64,000 nucleotides of DNA from positions 5,225 through 69,224 of the forward strand of contig JAFLTV010000004.1 of the NCBI GenBank assembly GCA_022509105.1. The letters are read 5' to 3'. Shown piece by piece: positions 35,275-45,241 of the stretch. Under the pieces are notes generated by a model. The model was given only the letters and a program-made list of their open reading frames with translations. It was not told the DNA's origin and did not search any database. A program made the position numbers and the translations under genes. Each line of letters begins with the position of its first letter. Positions within the stretch are counted from its first letter, which is position 1. This DNA comes from Muribaculaceae bacterium. Its GTDB lineage: Bacteria; Bacteroidota; Bacteroidia; Bacteroidales; Muribaculaceae.

Positions 35275-36575
35275 TTAAGAGGCTTTTAAACTGGCTGGAT
35301 GAATCTACATGCAATTTTCTGGCCGTCAAGACAATAGTAAAAGAACTGCAAGCCAAGGGGTTTAAGGAACTCAAGCAGAATGAAGACTGGATCATAGAGC
35401 CCGGCGGCAAATATTATATGATCAAAAACAGTAGCGCGGTCTTTGCCTTTATATTGGGGAAAGACGCTGCCTGTTTCAGAAATGGCATCAAAGTTATAGC
35501 TGCCCATTCCGATAGTCCTTGTCTGAAAGTAAAGCCGAATCCGGAAATTTATGGCGACGGGGGAGTGGTGGCCTTAAATGTTGAAAAATATGGAGGAGGA
35601 ATTCTTTACACCTGGTTTGACCGTCCTCTTTCGATGTCAGGAAGAGTTATGATGAGGGATAAAGATATAATGAATCCCCGGGAGGTTATTTTCGACCTAA
35701 GGAGAGCGGTAGCTGTAATTCCTCACCTTGCCATTCATTTCAACAGGGCTGTTAATGAAGGAAATCATCTTTCCGTGCAGAAAGATATGAAACCTGTGGT
35801 GGGTTATTTTTCTGAAGAAGAGATTCGAAGCATGAAAAATGGCAGAGGCATAGTGCTGGAAAGCATAGCAGAGCATCTGAAAGTGGATTCCCGAGATATT
35901 CTTGATTATGAAATAAATCTTTATCCATGTTTCACTCCTCAATTATGCGGTTTGAATGAAGAATATATTGAATCTCCACGAATTGACGATCTGTCAATGG
36001 CATTTGCAGGCTTGGAAGCAATGTTGGAGACAGAGTCTTTAAGCAATGAAAACATCAGAGTCTTAGCCATTTTTGACAATGAAGAAACCGGATCAGGCAC
36101 CCGGCAGGGAGCAGCTTCACCGGTGTTAAGGGATATGTTGGAAAGGATAAATATCTGCTTAGGAGGCAAACAGGAAGATTTCTATATCGGGATTGCCAAT
36201 TCTTTCATGATTTCAGCAGATGATGCCCATGCATGGCATCCCAACTATAACGAAAAATATGATCCGACGAACCATCCTGTGATAGGAGGTGGTCCCGTTA
36301 TAAAGGTCAATTCCAATTGCAAATATATGACTGATTCCAGAGGAGCCGCTATCTTCAAGGAGCTTTGCCGAAAAGCAGGCGTAAATTATCAGATGTTTGT
36401 AAATCATGCCGATGTTGCAGGGGGTTCTACTCTGGGAAATATTCTGACATCCCAGCTTGATTTTGCGGGTGTAGACGTTGGAAGCGCTATTTGGGCAATG
36501 CATTCTGCAGTGGAGACAGCCGGAGTTTCTGACCATGAGGATATGGTAAAGGTGTTTAAAACCTTCTGGAGTTGA
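35271..36575 (+). CDS. M18 family (aspartyl) aminopeptidase
   Basis: AHSDSP, YGGGILYTWFDRPL, RIDDL, DNEETGS, HAWHPNY, GGSTLG and AMHS motifs. Confidence 0.93.
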   Translation: MIKRLLNWLDESTCNFLAVKTIVKELQAKGFKELKQNEDWIIEPGGKYYMIKNSSAVFAFILGKDAACFRNGIKVIAAHSDSPCLKVKPNPEIYGDGGVVALNVEKYGGGILYTWFDRPLSMSGRVMMRDKDIMNPREVIFDLRRAVAVIPHLAIHFNRAVNEGNHLSVQKDMKPVVGYFSEEEIRSMKNGRGIVLESIAEHLKVDSRDILDYEINLYPCFTPQLCGLNEEYIESPRIDDLSMAFAGLEAMLETESLSNENIRVLAIFDNEETGSGTRQGAASPVLRDMLERINICLGGKQEDFYIGIANSFMISADDAHAWHPNYNEKYDPTNHPVIGGGPVIKVNSNCKYMTDSRGAAIFKELCRKAGVNYQMFVNHADVAGGSTLGNILTSQLDFAGVDVGSAIWAMHSAVETAGVSDHEDMVKVFKTFWS

Positions 36576-36581
36576 ATAAAA

Positions 36582-36613
36582 TTTGCCGACAATAGGAATT
36601 TTAGATACCTTTG
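36582..36613 (+). promoter_or_regulatory. Sigma-A promoter of tig (TTTG-N20-TACCTTTG)
   Basis: TTTG at 36582-85 and TACCTTTG at 36606-13. Confidence 0.75.
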
Positions 36614-36674
36614 CAATCGTTTGGTGCAATTTTTGCAGTTTATACTAAAAAAGAACACAAATCTAATATAAACA

Positions 36675-38027
36675 ATGAATTTAGAATTTAATAAACTTGA
36701 TAACGTCAATGCCGAATTGACAGTTACTCTCGAAGAAAAAGACTATGCCGATAAGGTAAAGAAACAACTCAAAGAAATAGGTAAGAACCGTCCGGAGCCG
36801 GGCTTTCGCGCAGGCCACGTGCCCATGGCTCTTCTTGAGAAGAAATATGGAGCATCTGTGAAATATGACATCGTAAACCGCGAGATAGCTGATGCCATAT
36901 ATAATTATATCCGTGAAAATAAACTCAGAGTCTTAGGTCAGCCGGTGGCAGATAAAGACAATATTTTCAAAGAGGATGAACCTGATTTCACATTCAAATT
37001 CAAAGTTGGCCTCGCTCCGGAAATCGAAGACCATGTAGGAAAAGATATGAAAGTGCCTTATTACACAATTAAGGTAACAGACGACATGGTAGACAATGAA
37101 ATCACAGCTTTGAGGAAGAGATTCGGCGTGCAGGGTCCCGGTGAAGAAACTGAACCGGATGCCGTTATCAAGGGTATTATAAGCGAATTGAACCCCGACG
37201 GAAGTGTGAAAGAGGATGGCATTGTTGTGGATAACGGAATCCTTGCTCCAATCCATTTCACAAACGAGGAACAAAAGAAACTTTTCGAAGGAAAACATCC
37301 GGGTGATGTAGTGACATTCAACCCGGCAGCATCTTGCAACAGCAACGTGACTGAACTCTCCTCAATGCTCAACATAGACAAAGAGGATGTAGACAATCAT
37401 AAAGGTGACTTCAATTTTGAAATAAAAGAGATCATAGTTTTAAAACCTGCAGAGCTTGACCAGGAATTCTTTGATAATGCAGTCGGAAAAGACAAAGCTC
37501 ATAATGAAGAGGAACTCAAGACGGCAGTTGCTGAACTGATCAAGAATCAGCTTAAGGCTGACTCGGATTATCGTTTCACCATTGATGCACGTCAGGCAGT
37601 GGAAAAAGCTGTTGGTAATGTAGAGCTTCCGGAAGATGTGCTCAAGAATTTCCTCATGGCACAAAACGAGCAACTGAACAAGGAAAATATTGATGAAGAG
37701 TTTACAAAAATCCGTCAGCAACTCGTTTGGGATCTCACTAAAGATGAGATAATCGAAAGATTCAAGATTGAGGTTAATGAAGAAGATCTATTGAATGAAG
37801 CTCGTGTGGCAGTTTATCATCAATTGAGTCAGTATGGTCCTCAATCGCTAACAGAAGGAATTCTCGAGCATTATGCAAAAGAAGTTCTGAAGGATCAGAA
37901 GAACAGGGATTCATTCGAGCGTAATGCTTTGAACAGAAAAGTGTTTGATGTGATAAAAGAAAATGTTACACTTGATAACAAAGAATTGAGCCTCAGCGAA
38001 TTCCGTCAACTCTACGCAAAAGCATAA
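36675..38027 (+). CDS. tig: Trigger factor
   Basis: PGFRAGHVP ribosome-binding signature; 450 aa; position directly upstream of clpP-clpX. Confidence 0.95.
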   Translation: MNLEFNKLDNVNAELTVTLEEKDYADKVKKQLKEIGKNRPEPGFRAGHVPMALLEKKYGASVKYDIVNREIADAIYNYIRENKLRVLGQPVADKDNIFKEDEPDFTFKFKVGLAPEIEDHVGKDMKVPYYTIKVTDDMVDNEITALRKRFGVQGPGEETEPDAVIKGIISELNPDGSVKEDGIVVDNGILAPIHFTNEEQKKLFEGKHPGDVVTFNPAASCNSNVTELSSMLNIDKEDVDNHKGDFNFEIKEIIVLKPAELDQEFFDNAVGKDKAHNEEELKTAVAELIKNQLKADSDYRFTIDARQAVEKAVGNVELPEDVLKNFLMAQNEQLNKENIDEEFTKIRQQLVWDLTKDEIIERFKIEVNEEDLLNEARVAVYHQLSQYGPQSLTEGILEHYAKEVLKDQKNRDSFERNALNRKVFDVIKENVTLDNKELSLSEFRQLYAKA

Positions 38028-38082
38028 GGAAACTTTCATTCTCCTTTAGAAAAACAAGAGAAAAGAAAATAGCATAGAAATT

Positions 38083-38134
38083 GATAAAGCCAACCCATAA
38101 AGAAATAACCTGATTGGGCTGGCTTTATCTGTTT
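38083..38134 (+). terminator. Hairpin after tig (probable terminator)
   Basis: GATAAAGCCAACCCA(38083-97)/TGGGCTGGCTTTATC(38115-29) followed by TGTTT. Confidence 0.55.
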
Positions 38135-38149
38135 GGCACATTTTTTGCA
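38134..38149 (+). promoter_or_regulatory. Sigma-54-type -24/-12 element upstream of clpP
   Basis: TGGCAC-ATTTT-TTGCA matches TGGCAC-N5-TTGC(A/T) exactly, about 40 nt before the clpP ATG. Confidence 0.6.
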
Positions 38150-38188
38150 ATCTTTATAAGAAAATTCATCTTATTAAGTAAAAATCAC

Positions 38189-38905
38189 ATGCACAACGAT
38201 TTTAGAAATTTTGCAGTAAATCATCTTGGGGTTAATTCCTCAACATTGGATGGTTATATCCGTCATATTGACAAAACCAATCCGGGATTGTCAATTACTC
38301 CCCATGCTGATTACATGAATCCCTATATTCTCGAGGAGAGGCAGCTGAATGTAACGCAGATGGACGTTTTCTCACGCCTTATGATGGACAGAATCATATT
38401 TTTAGGTACACAGGTGACAGACACTTCTGCAAATATAATCCAGGCCCAGCTTCTTTATCTTGATTCTATAGATCCGGAAAAAGATATTTCTATATATATC
38501 AACTCCCCCGGTGGTTCCGTATATGCCGGTTTGGGCATTTACGACACGATGCAATACGTGTCAAGCGATGTTTCAACCATCTGCACCGGAATGGCAGCTT
38601 CCATGGCGGCCGTATTGTTGGTGGCCGGAGAGAAAGGTAAACGCTATGCGCTTCCTCATTCAAGAGTGATGATCCATCAACCGATGGGAGGAATTCAAGG
38701 GCAGGCCTCTGACATTGAAATCACAGCACGCGAAATCCTCAAATTAAAAGAGGAATTATACCGTATCATTTCTGATCATTCAGGACAGCCGTTTGAAAAA
38801 GTTGAGGCTGATTCAGACAGAGACTACTGGATGACTGCCAAAGAGGCCAAAGAATATGGAATGATCGATAAGATTTTGGTGAATCCAAGAAATAAGAAAG
38901 ATTAA
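38189..38905 (+). CDS. clpP: ATP-dependent Clp protease proteolytic subunit
   Basis: [33 protein letters not shown] and DRD motifs; true ATG at 38189. Confidence 0.97.
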   Translation: MHNDFRNFAVNHLGVNSSTLDGYIRHIDKTNPGLSITPHADYMNPYILEERQLNVTQMDVFSRLMMDRIIFLGTQVTDTSANIIQAQLLYLDSIDPEKDISIYINSPGGSVYAGLGIYDTMQYVSSDVSTICTGMAASMAAVLLVAGEKGKRYALPHSRVMIHQPMGGIQGQASDIEITAREILKLKEELYRIISDHSGQPFEKVEADSDRDYWMTAKEAKEYGMIDKILVNPRNKKD

Positions 38906-38909
38906 AAAT

Positions 38910-40157
38910 ATGGCATCAGACAACAAATCCGGATTGATTTGTTCTATGTGTGGCTCGCGTAGCAGCGCGAGCCAACCTGTTGTAAGGGTGTTTGAAGGCT
39001 TGAATTTATGCACGGATTGCATTGCGTTTATAGATAATGCCCGAGACACTCAGCTCAAGCAGCAAAAAACATCAAAAAAGGGAGAAAAAACTAAAAACAG
39101 TATTCCCAAGCCTCAGGAAATAAAGAAATTTCTTGATCAGTATGTGATCGGACAGGACAGTGCAAAGAAATATCTTTCAGTGGCTGTTTATAATCACTAC
39201 AAAAGAATAAATCAAAACATTGATGATGATGTTGACATAGAAAAATCCAATATCATCATGGTCGGTCCGACCGGCACAGGCAAGACACTCCTGGCTAAGT
39301 CGATAGCGAAATTGCTGGATGTGCCTTTCACGATTGTTGATGCCACCGTGCTCACAGAAGCTGGTTATGTGGGAGAAGATATTGAATCATTGTTGACCCG
39401 ACTATTGCAGGCTTGTGATTATGACGTTGAAAAGGCACAGAGAGGAATAGTCTTCATAGACGAGATAGATAAGATTGCCCGGAAATCCGACAATCCGTCA
39501 ATCACACGTGATGTTAGCGGTGAAGGAGTTCAACAAGGTCTTTTGAAGCTCCTTGAAGGTTCGGTAGTCTTAGTTCCCCCAAATGGAGGTAGAAAGCATC
39601 CGGAGCAAAAAATGATAGCGGTCGACACCAAAAATATTCTTTTTATTTGCGGTGGTGCGTTCGACGGAATCGAAAGAAAAATAGCCTCTCGATTAAATAC
39701 CCATGTCGTGGGTTATGGTCATGATGAGTCGGGAAGGAAGAAAAAGAGAGAAAATCTTATGAAATATGTGCTTCCCATGGATTTGAAATCATTCGGCTTG
39801 ATTCCGGAAATCATAGGGCGTCTGCCAATCCTGACAAGTCTTGACCCTCTTGACAAGGAAGCTTTGAGAAGAATTCTTACGGAACCTAAGAATGCAATAA
39901 CGCGTCAATATAAGAAACTTTTTGAACTTGACGGTGTGGATCTTGAATTCACCGAAGAGGCGTTGGATCTCATAGTTGACAAAGCGGTGGAATTTAAGCT
40001 TGGCGCCCGAGGGCTTCGTTCAATTGTAGAAACGGTAATGATTGATGCGATGTTTGATGTTCCATCAATAAAGACAAAGAAATTTGTTGTTGATGCTGAA
40101 TTTGTGAAAGAGCAACTTGAAAAAGCTCATTTTGAAAAAACAACAATAAAAGACTAA
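38910..40157 (+). CDS. clpX: Clp protease ATP-binding subunit
   Basis: N-terminal CxxC...CxxC Zn finger, [32 protein letters not shown] and GARGLR motifs. Confidence 0.97.
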   Translation: MASDNKSGLICSMCGSRSSASQPVVRVFEGLNLCTDCIAFIDNARDTQLKQQKTSKKGEKTKNSIPKPQEIKKFLDQYVIGQDSAKKYLSVAVYNHYKRINQNIDDDVDIEKSNIIMVGPTGTGKTLLAKSIAKLLDVPFTIVDATVLTEAGYVGEDIESLLTRLLQACDYDVEKAQRGIVFIDEIDKIARKSDNPSITRDVSGEGVQQGLLKLLEGSVVLVPPNGGRKHPEQKMIAVDTKNILFICGGAFDGIERKIASRLNTHVVGYGHDESGRKKKRENLMKYVLPMDLKSFGLIPEIIGRLPILTSLDPLDKEALRRILTEPKNAITRQYKKLFELDGVDLEFTEEALDLIVDKAVEFKLGARGLRSIVETVMIDAMFDVPSIKTKKFVVDAEFVKEQLEKAHFEKTTIKD

Positions 40158-40174
40158 GGATGATTACTTCATAT

Positions 40175-40215
40175 AAAGCTCTCTTCGCTTTTCCGGCGGA
40201 GAGAGCCTTATATTT
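40175..40215 (+). terminator. Intrinsic terminator after clpX
   Basis: GCTCTCTTCGC/GCGGAGAGAGC stem (one G-U pair) followed by CTTATATTT. Confidence 0.6.
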
Positions 40216-40268
40216 GCATCATATTTTAATTCTGATGTTAAGGTGTTGGATTATTGAGTAAAATTGGT

Positions 40269-40276
40269 TAACTTTG
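40269..40276 (+). promoter_or_regulatory. Sigma-A -7 element (TAACTTTG) upstream of recQ
   Basis: TAnnTTTG match 22 nt before the ATG, with GTTG 20 nt upstream as a -33 variant. Confidence 0.65.
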
Positions 40277-40298
40277 TATAAACTCTTTACTCAACTCC

Positions 40299-42476
40299 AT
40301 GCCAGAAACTGCCACAATCCACGAAGCCTTAAAAAAGAACTTCGGATTTGACACATTCAAAGGAAATCAATTAGAGATTATCAACAGTTTGTTGGAGGGA
40401 AATGATGTATTTGTGCTGATGCCAACAGGGGGAGGTAAATCCCTTTGCTACCAATTGCCGGCTTTAATGTCGGAAGGCACAGCCATCGTCATCTCTCCGC
40501 TTATAGCACTGATGAAAAATCAGGTCGACTCCATGAGAAATTATGGAGAATATGACGGCATTGCCCATTTCTTGAATTCCTCTCTTTCAAAGACACAGGT
40601 AGATAAAGTGAAATCTGATATTTTATCAGGAAAGACAAAACTGCTTTATGTGGCTCCGGAATCTTTTACGAAGGAGGAGAACATGGAATTCATCCGCCAG
40701 ATGAAAATATCATTCTTCGCAGTAGATGAGGCACATTGCATTTCAGAATGGGGCCATGATTTCCGGCCGGAGTATAGAAGAATCAGAAATATCATAAACA
40801 GGGTTGGGGTCAGACCTTTGATAGCTCTGACTGCTACAGCCACACCAAAGGTGCAACATGATATCCAGAAAAATCTCGGGATGTTGGATGCTCGTGTATA
40901 TAAATCAAGTTTTAACAGGCCGAATTTATATTATGAAGTGCGACCAAAGACAAAGGAGATTGACCGGGATATCATTAGGTTTATAAAGAATAATCCAGGC
41001 AAATCAGGTATAATTTATTGCCTTAGCCGTAAAAAAGTGGAAGAACTGACTGAAACCCTCAAGATTAATGAAGTGGCAGTTTTGCCTTATCATGCGGGCA
41101 TGGATTCCACGACAAGGTCTAACAATCAGGATGCTTTCCTACATGAGAAAGTGCAGGTAATAGTGGCTACTATTGCTTTCGGAATGGGGATTGACAAACC
41201 CGATGTAAGATTTGTGATTCATTATGACATACCGAAAAGCTTGGAGGGATATTATCAGGAAACGGGCAGAGCGGGACGCGACGGAGGAGAAGGCAGATGC
41301 ATCACTTTCTATTCTAACAAAGATCTTCAGAAGCTTGACAAGCTGATGCAGACCAAGACTATTGCCGAACAGGAAATAGGGCGTCATTTGCTTTCGGAAA
41401 CAGCTTTCTATGCCGAATCGAGTCTTTGCCGGAGAAGAATGTTGCTTCATTATTTCGGAGAGGAAAGGGAAGAGACAGAATGTGGCAATTGCGACAATTG
41501 TGTTAATCCGAAAGAATATATAGAAGCCAGAGATGAGTTGCGTGAAGCAATAGAAGCTCGGCTCATGATAAAAAGAAAGGTAACTCCGGAATATCTTGCC
41601 AACATTCTCATAGGGCGTCCTACGGATGAAGTGAGATCTTACGGCCATGAAACTATTGAGGCTTTCGGAAGTTTATCAGACAAAGACGAGAAATTTGTAA
41701 AAAGTCTCTTGCGTCAGGCTTGCGTGGAAGGCTATTTTGAAAGAGACATGGAAAACTATGGATTTATAAATGTCTCTGCAAAGGGAGAAGAATTTTTAAA
41801 ATCCAAAGAATCCTTTAAGATAGTTGAAGACCGGGAGTTTATAGAAACTGATTTGGAGCCGACACCAAAAGCCGGAAGCGGAGCAGCGGATCCTGTCTTG
41901 TTTGCAATGCTTAAAGACCTGAGGAAAGATATAGCAAGAAAAGCCGACCTTCCGCCTTATGTGATTTTCCAGGAAACTTCCTTGGAGTGTATGGCTACCT
42001 CTTATCCGATAACTATGCAAGAGATGGCGGCAATACCAGGCGTAGGAGAAGGAAAGGCGAAAAGATATGGTGCTCCTTTCGTGGAATTGATATGCCGGCA
42101 TGTGGAAGAAAATGAAATAGAACGTCCTGTCGACATGAGAGTGCGTTCCGTGGCAAATAAAAGCAAACTGAAAGTTGCTTTAATCCATTGCATCGACAGG
42201 AAGATTGATCTTCAGGAAGTGGCAGAGAGCAAAGGTCTTGAATTTGAGGAGCTACTGGATGAATTGGAAGCTATCGTGGAAGCCGGAACTAAGATAAATA
42301 TCGATTATTTTTTAGACAGTATAATGGATTCCGACCGTTTGGAAGATATTTTAGAGGTATTGAAAGAAAGCCAGGAGGATGATATCGATGACGTTATCGA
42401 TGAGTTGGGAGAAGATTTCTCGGAAGATGAAGTTAGATTGGTTAGAATTAAATTTTTATCAGAAATGGGAATTTAA
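40299..42476 (+). CDS. recQ: ATP-dependent DNA helicase RecQ
   Basis: PTGGGKSLCYQLP, DEAHCISEWGHDFRP, QETGRAGRDG, RQC cysteines and an HRDC region. Confidence 0.97.
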   Translation: MPETATIHEALKKNFGFDTFKGNQLEIINSLLEGNDVFVLMPTGGGKSLCYQLPALMSEGTAIVISPLIALMKNQVDSMRNYGEYDGIAHFLNSSLSKTQVDKVKSDILSGKTKLLYVAPESFTKEENMEFIRQMKISFFAVDEAHCISEWGHDFRPEYRRIRNIINRVGVRPLIALTATATPKVQHDIQKNLGMLDARVYKSSFNRPNLYYEVRPKTKEIDRDIIRFIKNNPGKSGIIYCLSRKKVEELTETLKINEVAVLPYHAGMDSTTRSNNQDAFLHEKVQVIVATIAFGMGIDKPDVRFVIHYDIPKSLEGYYQETGRAGRDGGEGRCITFYSNKDLQKLDKLMQTKTIAEQEIGRHLLSETAFYAESSLCRRRMLLHYFGEEREETECGNCDNCVNPKEYIEARDELREAIEARLMIKRKVTPEYLANILIGRPTDEVRSYGHETIEAFGSLSDKDEKFVKSLLRQACVEGYFERDMENYGFINVSAKGEEFLKSKESFKIVEDREFIETDLEPTPKAGSGAADPVLFAMLKDLRKDIARKADLPPYVIFQETSLECMATSYPITMQEMAAIPGVGEGKAKRYGAPFVELICRHVEENEIERPVDMRVRSVANKSKLKVALIHCIDRKIDLQEVAESKGLEFEELLDELEAIVEAGTKINIDYFLDSIMDSDRLEDILEVLKESQEDDIDDVIDELGEDFSEDEVRLVRIKFLSEMGI

Positions 42477-42524
42477 TCCGTTATTAAACTAAGAGACTTC
42501 AAAAGAAATAAAAAACACTAAATT

Positions 42525-44282
42525 GTGATGAAAAAAATATTATTGACCGGAATTTTATCAACAATACTTTTTACAGCGAATGCCCAAGATAAAAACGGCA
42601 TAATAATGACAATAAACGGTCAGGATATACCTTCTTCCGAATTCGAATATCTTTATTTAAAAAACAGCCGTCAGCAACTTGAACCTCAGACATTTGATGA
42701 ATATGTTGATCTTTTCAAGATCTATCGTCTGAAAGTTGCCGAGGCAAAAGCTTTGGGAAAAGACACGACTGAATCGTTCCGCAAAGAGATAAATCAATAT
42801 AAAAGAGAGCTTCTCCAGCCCTATATCACGGATTCAACCTTTATATATTCTCTCGTGGATGTGGCTTGTGCCCGGGATAAGGAAGAGGTGGAAGTGAGTC
42901 ATATCATGCTCTTGAAGACTCCGAATGCATTAAAAAATAAAAGCAATATAGCCCTTCTTGACAGCCTAAGGAAGGAGATTATTGCCGGAGCTTCCTTTAC
43001 AGAGCTTGCCAAAGAATTTTCCGAAGACAAATCAGTGGTAAACAATGGAGGATATTTAGGATATGCACCGGCAGGAAGATTCCCGTATTCTTTTGAAACG
43101 GCATTTTTCGAAACTCCGGAAGGAGAGGTTTCGGAAGTTGTAGAAACCAATGTAGGATATCACCTCGTGTTGCCGGGAAAACATCGCCCATCTAAAGGTC
43201 GTGTGGATGTTTCCCACATCCTTACACTTGTTCCGAAAGATGCAGGAGAAGAAATAGCGTTGCAGCAGAAACAGCTCATAGACAGTATTTATAATATTGT
43301 GGCTGTTCACCCCGAATATTTTGAAAGCCTTGCTACTAAATATTCAGATGATAAGGGAAGCGGAAAAAGAGGCGGCAAATTGCCTCTTTTCGGAGCCGGA
43401 GAAATGGTTCCGGAATTTGAAGCAGTTGCATTTAGTCTTAAAGATGGAGAAATCAGCGCCCCATTCCAGACTTCTTACGGATGGCATATCATCAAAAAAT
43501 ATGGCAGCAAACCGTATAAGACCTACAATGAAGTGAAGGAAGAAGTGGTTAAACGGAGCAGTAACCCTCAGGATTCGCGCTTTTTCGATATCAAAAACCA
43601 TGAATTTGCAATGCTTGCTAAAAAACATCCGGAAGTTAAAGACAACGGAGACCCCAAATCTTACCGGGATGCATTATTGATTGCTGAAGAAAAATGGCAA
43701 TATGCAAATAATGAGGACTACAGACTGCTTATCGATGAATATGTAGACGGCAGCATGTTGTTTGAAGTGAGTCAGGAGAAAGTGTGGGATAAAGCTTCTA
43801 AAGACAATGAAGGTCTTGAAAAATATTTCAAAAAGAACAAAAAGAAATATAAATGGACCCAACCCATGGCAAAAGGTGTTTTAGTGCAGGCCAAGAATAA
43901 AGAAGTTGAAGAACAGATAATGGCGCAATGTGGTGCAATGTCACCTGATGAAGCGGTGGCCTATATTAAAAACAACTTTGCCAATGATGCAAATGCTGAG
44001 AAATTTGTTGTCAGTGAGGGAACTGTGAAAATGATTGATCATAAAATGTTTGGAGGAGAACCCACTATCCCTAAAATCAAAGGGTATGATTGCTATTTTA
44101 TTCTTGATGGAAGGATAATAACGGCTCCTGAGGAAATGAACGATGTGAGAGGTGCGGTCACTTCCGATTATCAGGAATATCTGGAAAAAGAATGGATAAA
44201 GGATTTAAAGAAAAAATATAAGATAACAGTTTATCCTGCTGAATTGACGGCACTTAAAAACAAGCATAATGCTTTAAAATAA
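42525..44282 (+). CDS. Periplasmic parvulin-type peptidyl-prolyl isomerase (two rotamase domains)
   Basis: Signal peptide; two VSHI...LA.(F/Y)S.D...GG.L...G(Y/W)H repeats. Confidence 0.9.
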   Translation: MMKKILLTGILSTILFTANAQDKNGIIMTINGQDIPSSEFEYLYLKNSRQQLEPQTFDEYVDLFKIYRLKVAEAKALGKDTTESFRKEINQYKRELLQPYITDSTFIYSLVDVACARDKEEVEVSHIMLLKTPNALKNKSNIALLDSLRKEIIAGASFTELAKEFSEDKSVVNNGGYLGYAPAGRFPYSFETAFFETPEGEVSEVVETNVGYHLVLPGKHRPSKGRVDVSHILTLVPKDAGEEIALQQKQLIDSIYNIVAVHPEYFESLATKYSDDKGSGKRGGKLPLFGAGEMVPEFEAVAFSLKDGEISAPFQTSYGWHIIKKYGSKPYKTYNEVKEEVVKRSSNPQDSRFFDIKNHEFAMLAKKHPEVKDNGDPKSYRDALLIAEEKWQYANNEDYRLLIDEYVDGSMLFEVSQEKVWDKASKDNEGLEKYFKKNKKKYKWTQPMAKGVLVQAKNKEVEEQIMAQCGAMSPDEAVAYIKNNFANDANAEKFVVSEGTVKMIDHKMFGGEPTIPKIKGYDCYFILDGRIITAPEEMNDVRGAVTSDYQEYLEKEWIKDLKKKYKITVYPAELTALKNKHNALK

Positions 44283-44296
44283 TTCATGTTATAGCA

Positions 44297-45229
44297 ATGG
44301 CGATTGCCTTTGAAATAATAGGATTAAACTTCCTGAAACGAATTTTTCAACAAAACATTCTTTATGTTTTGCCGGTCATTATTTTAGTTTCATGCCATCA
44401 AAACCGGGTGGAAATTGACGATGATGTCTTATTAAGAATATCCGACAGAAGTCTGACAAAAAATGAAGTCATTGATTTAATTCCTCAGGGGCTGCAAAAA
44501 GAAGACAGCGTGAAACTTTTCAATGCTATCGTAAATGATTGGATAAATTCAGAACTTTTATCTGATTTTGCTGAAGAAAGGATCGGGAATATCGAAGAAA
44601 TAGAAAAAAAGGTAAAGAAGTATAGGAATCAACTTATAGTTCAGGAATACCTTACAAAGATGTCGGAATCCAGAAATAACAAGATTGATGATAGAGAAAT
44701 AAAAGATTATTATGAGCAGCATATCTCCGAGTTAAAAACAGATATGCCTCTTGTAAAAGGTGTTTTCATAAAGGTTATTTCTTCCTTGGAAGGCAAGGAA
44801 GAAATTTCTGCTCTGTTGAAGGAAGATAAAGAAGGAAATATTGATAAATTGGAGCAAAACTGGCTTGATGCCTTAGTGGCTTATGAATATTTCAAAGATG
44901 AATGGGTGGATTGGGAAACTCTCACAGAATTGATTCCCTATCGCTTCGGAAATCCTGATCAATTTCTTTCTAACAATAAATATTTTGAAACAGAGATTGG
45001 GGATTACACATATATTTTGCAGATTAGTTCTTATCTTCCGACCGGATCGGAACAGCCTTATGAATTTGCCTCTCACTGGATAACGCGGCTGCTCAAGCAG
45101 GAAGATTTGAACCAATATGAAAAACAACTCGTGGAATCGTTAATAAAAGAATCAATAAAAGATAATAAGTTGGAAGTGGTTAATTATGATCCGCTGACAC
45201 ATAAATGGAAAGATTCCATCAACCAATAA
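44297..45229 (+). CDS. PPIase-like lipoprotein (degenerate rotamase)
   Basis: LVSC lipobox; DS...I..W, YRNQLIVQEY and PYEFA...I patterns; lies between two PPIase genes. Confidence 0.65.
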   Translation: MAIAFEIIGLNFLKRIFQQNILYVLPVIILVSCHQNRVEIDDDVLLRISDRSLTKNEVIDLIPQGLQKEDSVKLFNAIVNDWINSELLSDFAEERIGNIEEIEKKVKKYRNQLIVQEYLTKMSESRNNKIDDREIKDYYEQHISELKTDMPLVKGVFIKVISSLEGKEEISALLKEDKEGNIDKLEQNWLDALVAYEYFKDEWVDWETLTELIPYRFGNPDQFLSNNKYFETEIGDYTYILQISSYLPTGSEQPYEFASHWITRLLKQEDLNQYEKQLVESLIKESIKDNKLEVVNYDPLTHKWKDSINQ

Positions 45230-45241
45230 ACATCTTGAAAA

